From Fimbriosthenelais zetlandica (Eukaryota): a DNA stretch of 64,000 nucleotides. This document shows positions 1 through 7,659 of the stretch, one piece after another. A program made the translations under genes and the position numbers. The notes beneath the pieces were generated by a model. That model saw only the letters and a program-made list of their open reading frames with translations. It ran no database searches and had not been told where the DNA came from. The stretch is taken from assembly GCA_977030845.1 (NCBI GenBank), contig OZ365115.1, forward strand, positions 31,372,001 through 31,436,000. Reading direction: 5' to 3'. Within the stretch, counting starts at the first letter, position 1, and each line of letters opens with the position of its first letter.

Positions 1-235
1 ATCCCGGGTTGTTCCCCTTTATTTCCCTAATTTTTACTGGAATAAGTAAACATCAAATAACTTAGTTTAAGTCTGAATTTCATAAACCCTCGTGCCCATG
101 ATAACTACAGTTTCCTTTAATAATTTTCCCCTCTCCCCACATAAAATCTGATGTTAGGTCTTGGGGGATACTGTTCTTTGAAAGCTTAATGACAATGATG
201 TAAAGATGGTATATATTTATTTTTTTCTCACCTAG

Positions 236-384
236 GGAGGAGGGTATGATACCATACATACCGGAGTTACCTCGACCATATGAAGCCATCATCAACTATA
301 ACCAGAGTGTTTATAATGTACGAGGCCTGGCTACAGCTCCTGCCGGCCTCGAGTCCACCTCACTCATAGTCTGCTACGGCTTAG
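236..384 (+). CDS. EMC1: ER membrane protein complex subunit 1, penultimate coding exon (5' part of gene lies outside the window)
   Basis: Acceptor ttttttctcacctag|G (AG 234-235) and donor ttag|gtacga (GT 385-386). Translates to (R)EEGMIPYIPELPRPYEAIINYNQSVYNVRGLATAPAGLESTSLIVCYGL, matching the remembered EMC1 C-terminus (..[35 protein letters not shown]). Confidence 0.95.
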
Positions 385-584
385 GTACGAGTCATTTACC
401 ACTAAAATATCTAATATATCTTTCTGCAGCTATCTCCCTCCCTCTCTCCTCTCTTGCACACCCTGCTCTTTAATTCGCCCCTTTTTACAATTATCTCCCT
501 GCCTCCTCTCTTCCTCACCCCTGGAAATTTTCCCTTTCCCTCCCCCCCCCCCCCCCCGTAACTTCCACTCTAATTTTCCCCTTT

Positions 585-852
585 CTACAGCTATCTCCCT
601 CCCTCTATTCCTCTTTCCCACATCCTTCCTCTCTAATTTGCCCCTTTCTACAGCTATCTCCCTCCCTCGATTCCTCTTTCCCACACCCTTCATCTCTAAT
701 TTGCCCCTTTCTAGAGCTATCTCCCTCCCTCGATTCCTCTTTCCCACATCCTTCCTCTCTAATTTGCCCCTTTCTAGAGCTATCTCCCTCCCTCTATTCC
801 CCTTTCCCACATCCTTCCTCTCTAATTTGCCCATTTCTACAACTATCTCCCT
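585..852. repeat. 63-bp pyrimidine-rich minisatellite (~4.3 copies) in the last EMC1 intron
   Basis: Unit cta(c/g)agctatctccctccctc.attcctctttcccacatccttcctctctaatttgccccttt starts at 585, 648, 711, 774 and 837; a partial copy lies near 425-445. Confidence 0.95.
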
Positions 853-920
853 ATGATCAATCGCTACTATGACAAATGTAGAATAGTTTAATTTTCATAT
901 TGATATTGTCTACATTTCAG

Positions 921-1081
921 ACATGTTCGGCACACGTGTGATGCCGTCTAAGATGTTTGATGTTTTGAAGGAGGACTTTGACTATCTCTTCATCGCTCTC
1001 GTTCTTGTTGGTATGATTCTAGTCTCCATCATCACACAGAAACTTGCCACGAGGAAAGCTCTCAACCGCGCCTGGAAATAA
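921..1081 (+). CDS. EMC1: EMC1 last coding exon (C-terminal TM helix), stop TAA 1079-1081
   Basis: Acceptor tacatttcag|ac; phase 1 matches the previous exon (G+AC=Asp). Translates to DMFGTRVMPSKMFDVLKEDFDYLFIALVLVGMILVSIITQKLATRKALNRAWK*, recognisable as the EMC1 end ([28 protein letters not shown]). Missing from the ORF track because it is short and spliced. Confidence 0.95.
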
Positions 1082-2294
1082 TCGTTTATTCTGAATTTCC
1101 GTACAAATTTAGTCAATTGTAAATTGCTATGAGTGTGTTTGGTTTGGTGAATGTGTCGCTGTGTGGTACTTCCCTTAGTAACATTGTATGCAGAACCAGG
1201 ACCGGAGGCTAACTTATTTCACTTGAGAAAAAAATTAATGTTAATACCTAAAAGAATATAAATAGATGATAGGTAATTTTGATTAACATTTTAAATTTAA
1301 TTAAAACCTGCTCCTTTCCTTGTCATGTCAGTGAAATGAATCATGCCTTAGTGATGTTTCGCACTCTCGACTCATGATGGTTAATTGGTTGACGTTTTTA
1401 GCCGTCTAACGTGTGTTACAGTGTAAAAGGCGAATGACTCTGTGGGAGAGCATCCGATTGAAACAGATTTATATATCTTGAACTGTTGTGCCAGTAGATT
1501 TTATTATGTATATACGAAAACACATCATGTAATATTATCTTCAGTGGATTATATTTATGATATAATTTCCAGCATTGGGCGTGTATTTCCCATACGCTCT
1601 GAATTGAGGGATATTCCTATGTCTGTATAAACTTGCTCGCCTATGTAGATATATGGCGCTGGGATATAACTCAAGGTTCAGGGTATTTATTGACTACCAT
1701 GTGAAACTCAACTTGCATGTAAATAATTTCAACCCATCTACAAAATACGGTAAATGTCAAGGAATCTTAATTTTTTTTTTTAAATGAAATATGTATAATG
1801 CGGAACAAATATATTAGGAAGAATGGACTTTATTGAGAACTGTGTGCTGGGTCATTCCGCAACCTCAGGGAGTATTGAATTCTGAATATTTCTTTGTTGT
1901 AGAATAATATTGCTAGGGGCCCACCGTATTATTTAATTTCGGTAAGGGTGACGTCAGTGGTTCTGTTCTTCTCATGTGTATAAAAGTCTGGGGAAATCAT
2001 TTGAATCACATGTTTCTAATCCTCTTATGAATTGAGCGTTAGGTTAAGGCAGTTTAGGTTTTGTGAATCCAGGTTTCATCCTTTGTTTTCTGTTGTAAAT
2101 GTATAATTGAAAATTGTATAGGGCCTAATCGATGGTGTAGTGTATGGACCAACATTATGCTCTCCTCGTCATTTATTGCCAAAATCGTTGTGTTGATAAT
2201 AGTCTGAGGATATTTAATCACTGAGTGTGTGAATGACTGAAGTTTGTCAAGTGTAACAAGTAAGGAAGAATTACCAAGGAATAGAAAATGAATG

Positions 2295-2300
2295 AATAAA
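2295..2300 (+). terminator. Likely EMC1 polyadenylation signal
   Basis: AATAAA followed about 10-40 nt later by a U/GU-rich tract (ttttgtcttaaatgttttgttttgtttt). Inferred, not proven. Confidence 0.5.
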
Positions 2301-2824
2301 ATCGGTCAAATTTTGTCTTAAATGTTTTGTTTTGTTTTATGACTTGTCCCTGTTTTTTGAGTTGTCCAACGTTCTCGTTTTCGACTCATTGGATGGGCCC
2401 GCTATAGTGTAGAGAAGGAGGAGCACCGACTTCCGGTGTCACCAAAGCAACGTTCTTACCTCCAGTACCGGAGAGTTCGCATCCCCGATTGGGAGAATTG
2501 GCTAGTTCAATACTCAGCCTCCAGATACCCTAATAGACTGCCTAAATTTAGTAGAAACATACATTATTAATCTTTAAGGAATTTATGGACCCATTCCGAA
2601 GATATAGGCCTACAGCTCGGTCCCCAGTGTTCTCCATACCCATCCCAAACTTCCCAGCACCAATCAATAGGCCTACTACTGATTCGTTTATATGCATCAG
2701 ATTTGCCTTCCGATCAATGTTGAAAAAATATTGAGCCCCTCGCCCACTCCCCTCCCCTCGGCAACTCAAACGAAAAAAAAAGCCCAAATCAACATGGGCG
2801 ACCCATGGAGCAGAAAAGTGTTCT

Positions 2825-2894
2825 GCAAGACAGGGGAAGTGAACCCCGGTCTCTGACGTTGAAGGCTAGTGTCTTACCTCTAGACTACCTGGCT
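2825..2894 (-). ncRNA. tRNA-like cassette 1 (loop CTTCAAC), degenerate B-box
   Basis: AGCCAGG TA GTCT AGAGGTA AGAC A CTAGC CTTCAAC GTCAG AGAC CGGGG TTCACTT CCCCT GTCTTGC, then TTTT at 2817-2814. Confidence 0.6.
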
Positions 2895-2970
2895 CTCAGG
2901 TCAACTGACTACACACCTTCAAATTTAGCCTGAACAGCCCATGACAAGGAGGAATCACAATGTGTATAAT

Positions 2971-3869
2971 CAGGGCTGTATTTAGGGGGGGTTACAGGGG
3001 TTACGTAACCCCCCCTGCTGATCAAAAAAAAAAATTCAAGTGTGGGAATAAGTTAAATGACTAGAAGATATGTCATCTGCCTGGTTTGTGTGTATCGAAC
3101 GCATTTCAATATGGCCTAAAGTCTAAGTGAGTCCATACAAGTCCATAGGCTACAAGTCAAAGCAAGTGTCAAAAGTTTCCTGTATTTTATTATAACTTCT
3201 CTGGTCACCTCAATCAACGTTGTATATAGGCTGCAATAGGTGTTCATGCCCTGCCTCTGTTCATTGTCAAGCTGAGTAATAAAACATGCATTTGAATTTA
3301 GCCTACGAAAGGCTTGTCCATTAGCCTACAGATGTAGCCTAAATTTCCTATAGGGCTATCGGTAGGTTACCATGGTTATTGGTAGGCCCTTAGAAGGGTT
3401 AAAAAGGATCATCATGATTCATCGGCTAAAGCTGTAAAATTAGGCCTACCTGAATTATGCTTTAGGCCTTGTAGCCTATATATAGGCCTACACCAAGATA
3501 GGGCCTACTAGCTTATTAGGCTAGTAGCCTTAGGGCTATTACTTTAGGCCCATCTTTACCGTACAATAAATGTTTCAGGGTCGTAGGCCTAAACCGTAGG
3601 CTATCGGTAGGCCCTATACAGGCCCAGACTTTAAAAAAATCCCTACTGGGATTGTTCTTTGAGAGCCTTATTCTTTGTTCCAAAATGCATCAAAATGCAC
3701 CAAATACCACCTTAAATTCCAAAATTTTCCGGGGGGGCTTGCCCCCGGACCCCCCTAGTTTTGCGTCACGCCTACGGCGCTCGCTTGTGAGTGCCTTCGG
3801 CACTCACCTTGATAATCAGTAATTGCCTAAACTGTAACCCCCCCTGAAAAATTCCTGCATACAGCCCTG
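2971..3869. mobile_element. MITE / non-autonomous DNA transposon with 11-bp TIR CAGGGCTGTAT and 6-bp TSD TATAAT
   Basis: Left end cagggctgtat (2971), right end atacagccctg (3869), subterminal GGGGGGGTTAC at both ends. TSD tataat at 2965-2970 and 3870-3875. The empty site is visible in A4 (reverse complement aatcacaatgtttaaaattattttgcccc). Confidence 0.9.
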
Positions 3870-5076
3870 TATAATTATTTTGCCCCCGGGCCCCTCCCCG
3901 GCCCCCAACCTCCACTCCAATCCCCATGTCTACCCCCAGGACTACCATCAACTCCCTCCGAAAACACCAGCCCGATTTGAAACGGCTAACATGTCAAAAT
4001 CCCTTAGAATAGCCCACTCTGTACGTACTGCCCATAGGCTCCAATGTTAAAAATTATTTAGCCCCCCGGACCCCTCCCCGGCCCCCAATCTCCACCCCAA
4101 CCCACATGTCTACGCCCAGCAGCCACCCGAACCCGCTCCCAAAAATTCAGCCCGATTCTTAGCTTCTAACCTGTCTAAATCCCTTCGATTCATCAAAAGT
4201 GTCCCGCCCATAGGCGCAATGTTAAAAGTCACTCACGATTACAGGAATGTGTGCCACAGAGCCGGTTTGCCAGTCCACTCAAATCGGCTTTTCTCTACTT
4301 GATATGTATTATTTTCACTCGAAATGACGGTTCTATATGACTTATGATCTCTACTGATAAATATTAAAAGAGCAGAGACGTAAAACGAGGACAACACCGA
4401 TTTCTGCGATATTGACAAATCGGCCTTGCGTATACCGGCCTATAATTTGGCCTTTTAAAAACCTTAACAGCGCCCTCTCACTAAAAGTCGAAAAAGTTGA
4501 ATAACTTCGTAAATAATGGGTCTAAAATTACAATTCAAACAGATTATTCTTAGTTGGGAGACCCCTCAGATGTCTATGTGGTTTTAGTTCCAATAACATT
4601 GATTTAAAATTTCGGATTTTCGAAATGGACTGAATTTCTTCATTTAGCATTGGAGTCAATGGAAGGAGGCGGCCGAGCGCCAGTGGCGACCCGAGCAGCG
4701 GCAAAAAGGTGAACTACCTTATAAGATTGGGTATTATACTTGGGATTCGGGGTATGGGGAGTGGGTCAGAATGGTACAATATTAATGGGATTTAGGGATG
4801 GGGCGGGGACTAGGCTAAATGACATTGAGCAAAATTAAAATATAGGAGGCCTACTCCTGCCGCTATCACCCGATGGATTTTTGTTTTATCTTTTTATCTT
4901 CTCTCTCTACCTTCCTCTCTCTCTCACTCTGTCTCCCTTCCACATGCCCTCTCTCTCCAGATGTGGCGCCACGCCCTCTCTCTCCAGCATTGGCAAGATC
5001 ATATACATGTACGGAGGTCTATCTGGTGAGGCGAGGAGGCGAGGCTTTTCATTCAGGTTATGCTGGCTTGCGCATA

Positions 5077-6145
5077 GTAGTTCACGTTTTCGCCGCTAGG
5101 GCATCTCGGGTCTCCACAGGCGCTTGGCCGCCTCCTTCCATTGACTCCAATGCTAAATGAAGAAATTCAGTCCATTTCGAAAATCCGAAATTTTAAATCA
5201 ATGTTATTGGAACTAAAACCACATAGACATCTGAGGGGTCTCCCAACTAAGAATAATCCGTTTGAATTGTAATTTTAGACCCATTATTTACGAAGTTATT
5301 CAACTTTTTCGACTTTTAGTGAGAGGGCGCTGTTAAGGTTTTTAAAAGGCCAAATTATAGGCCGGTATACGCAAGGCCGATTAGTCAATATCGCAGAAAT
5401 CGGTGTTGTCCTCGTTTTACGTCTCTGCTATTTTAATATTTATCAGAAGAGATCATAAGTCATATAGAACCGTCATTTCGAGTGAAAATAATACATATCA
5501 AGTAGAGAAAGGGCCGATTGGAGTGGACTGACAAACCGGCTCTGTGGAACACATTCCTGTAATCGTGAGTGATTTTTAACATTGAGCCTATGGGCGGGAC
5601 ACTTTTGATGAATTCAAGGGATTTAGATGGGTTAAAAGCATAGGATCGGGCTGAATTTTTAGGAGGGTGTTGGGATGGGTGCTGGGAGTAGACATGGGGG
5701 TTGGGGTGGAGGTTGGGACCCGGGGAGGGGTCCGGGGGGCTAAATATGTTTTAACATTGGAGCCTATAGAGTGGGCTATTCCAAAGAATTTTAACAGGTT
5801 AGCCGTTTCAAATCGGGCTGGTAGTTTTGGAGGGAGTTGTGCGGATAGACATGGTGATTGGGCTGGAGGTTGGGGCCAGGGAGGGGTCCCGGGGGCAAAA
5901 TAATTACAAATATTGTGATTAAGCCTTGTTCTGGGTGGTTCAGGCTAAATGTGTGGGGATGTAGGTCAGTCAACTGTGAGCCTGGTGGTCTAGCGGTAAG
6001 ACTCTGGCCCGGAGCGCGACAGACCGGGGTTCAATTCCCCGTCTTGTAAAACACTTTTCCTGTTCCCTGGTTCGTTGGTTGGGGGTGGGTGCTGGATATT
6101 CTTTTTCAACATTGATCGAAAGGCAGATACGATGCATTTAAGCGA
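5077..6145 (-). repeat. Arm A2 (inverted copy)
   Basis: Starts gtagttcac (5077-5085); near-identical reverse complement of A1 4300-4717 across 5110-5500, and more diverged further out. Confidence 0.9.
5979..6048 (+). ncRNA. tRNA-like cassette 2 (loop CCGGAGC)
   Basis: AGCCTGG TG GTCT AGCGGTA AGAC T CTGGC CCGGAGC GCGAC AGAC CGGGG TTCAATT CCCCG TCTTGTA; A-box TGGTCTAGCGG, B-box GGTTCAATTCC, TTTT at 6055-6058. Confidence 0.65.
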
Positions 6146-6165
6146 GTGTAACCGACAGACCTGTG

Positions 6166-6235
6166 AGCCAGGTAGTCTAGAGGTAAGACACTGGACTTGC
6201 AACACGAGAGACGGGGGTTCGATCCCCTGTCTAGT
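6166..6235 (+). ncRNA. tRNA-like cassette 3 (loop CTTGCAAC), tandem extra copy beyond A2
   Basis: AGCCAGGTAGTCTAGAGGTAAGACACTGGACTTGCAACACGAGAGACGGGGGTTCGATCCCCTGTCTAGT; B-box GGTTCGATCC, TTTTT at 6242-6246. Confidence 0.65.
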
Positions 6236-6423
6236 AAATTCTTTTTCGCTGCTGGATCACTACATATATATACGGCTTGTTAGTGTTCATTTGGGAGGGG
6301 ATCTTTTAGATAGCTGAGGCAAACGGAGCTTGGTTCCCGCCTGGTCGTACAGCTGGCGCTGTGGTGCACGGTGAGGTCGCTGAAGAAGGCTCGCAGTCTT
6401 CCTGTAAATATGTATGCCTAGTC

Positions 6424-7249
6424 ATCCATGGAGCAGAAAAATGGTTGGATCGAGTGAGGATTGAACCCTCGTCACTCGCTTGGCGGGCCAGTGTCTTACC
6501 TCTAGACTACCTGGCCGACAGGTCACTACACTGGTAGCTACGATTTAACCTTTGTAGGTACTGCCCATAGGTTCCAATGTTAAAAATTGTTTAGCCCCCC
6601 GGACCCCTCCCCGGGCCCCAACCTCCACCCCAAGCTCGATGTCTACCCCCAGGACCCATCCCAACTCACTCCCAAAAATCCAGCCCAATCCTTTGCTTCT
6701 AACCTGTCTAAATCCCTAAGATTCATTAAAAGTGTCCCGCCCATAGGCTCAATGTTAAAAATCACTCACGATTACAGGAGTGTGTGCCACAGAGCCGGTT
6801 TGCCAGTTCACTCAAATCGGCTCTTTCTATACTAATATGTGTTATTTTCACTCGAAACCACGGCAATGTATGACTTATGGCCTCTACTGATAAATACCAA
6901 AACAGCAGAGACGTAAAACGAGGATAACACCGATTTCTGCGAAGTTGACAAATCGGCCGAGCGTATACCGCCCTATAATTTGGCCTTTTAAAAACCTTAA
7001 CAGCGCCCTCTCACTAAATGTCGAAAAAGTTGAATAACTTAGTAAATAATGGGTCTAAAAATACAAACTAAACGGATTATTCTTAGTTGGGAAGTATTCT
7101 AAACAGTGGCCAGGTTTTTGAAGTGAGAAAATTGATTTAAAATTTCGGATTTTGAAAATGAACTGAATTTCTTCAATTAGCATTGGAGTCAATGGAAGGA
7201 GGCGCCTGAGCGCCAGTGGCGACCCGAGAGCGGCGGAAACGTGAACTAC
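6424..7249 (+). repeat. Arm A3 (direct copy of A1 with only one C-rich sub-repeat)
   Basis: Begins atccatggagcagaaaa (cf. A1 acccatggagcagaaaa) and ends gtgaactac at 7241-7249. Confidence 0.9.
6447..6516 (-). ncRNA. tRNA-like cassette 4 (loop CCGCCAA)
   Basis: GGCCAGG TA GTCT AGAGGTA AGAC A CTGGC CCGCCAA GCGAG TGAC GAGGG TTCAATC CTCAC TCGATCC, followed by AACCA and TTTTT (6441-6437). Confidence 0.65.
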
Positions 7250-7363
7250 TATGCGCCAGCCAGCATAGACCGAGTATCTGTCCCGGTGAGGCTATGTCGC
7301 TGGGAGGACGAGGCTTGTCATACAGGCTACAGCCAGCATAGCCTTCAGTCCTCGATGAAAGTT

Positions 7364-7554
7364 AAGGAACGCCCAGCAATGGTATAGGCCTTGTGATATG
7401 TATGGGAAATAGTGAAGGAATGTGAATAAGGGTATAAAGGCCTTGTGATATGTATGGGAAATAGTGAAGGAACGCCTAGCAACGGTATAGGCCTGATGAT
7501 ATGTATGGGAAATAGTGAAGGAACGCCCAGGCCGGGTATAGGCCTTGTGATATA
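7364..7554. repeat. 51-52 bp tandem repeat (3.7 copies) in spacer 2
   Basis: Units start at 7364, 7415, 7467 and 7518. Constant part ggtataggccttgtgatatgtatgggaaatagtgaaggaa; variable 10-11 nt segment. Confidence 0.95.
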
Positions 7555-7556
7555 CA

Positions 7557-7659
7557 GCGGCGGAACGGTGAACTACAGTACTATGATCTAGCCAAAGCTC
7601 TCTACTCCTTTCTCGGTGGGTTGGGTAGATCATAGTACCATAGTTCACCGTTCTGCCGC
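7557..7659. repeat. 34-bp-stem hairpin made from two copies of the arm inner-end motif
   Basis: gcggcggaacggtgaactacagtactatgatcta (7557-7590) pairs with tagatcatagtaccatagttcaccgttctgccgc (7626-7659) with 3 differences; 35-nt loop. Confidence 0.9.

Larger units (their letters stand above)
2655..4717 (+). repeat. Arm A1 (interrupted by a MITE at 2971..3869)
   Basis: Runs from cagcaccaatc (2655) through a tRNA-like cassette, two ~179-bp C-rich sub-repeats (starting 3876 and 4055) and an AT-rich inner part to gtgaactac (4709-4717). Confidence 0.9.

Noticed and set aside
430-856. 134-aa and 72-aa repetitive ORFs
   Set aside because: Translations of the 63-bp intronic minisatellite (63 is divisible by 3).
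2420-2440. Resemblance of caccggaagtcggtgc to the Cas9 tracrRNA 3' hairpin
   Set aside because: Only about 10 nt match; better explained as an ETS motif within a short chance hairpin.
2825-2894. tRNA-Sec or opal suppressor (TCA in the loop)
   Set aside because: No long variable arm, mismatched anticodon and acceptor stems, and a damaged B-box (GTTCACTT). It is one variant of a repeated cassette.
7364-7554. CRISPR-like array (constant ~40 nt plus variable ~11 nt)
   Set aside because: Eukaryotic locus, no cas genes, and three of the four variable segments are related (cgcccagcaat, cgcctagcaac, cgcccaggccg) and far too short. It is a minisatellite.
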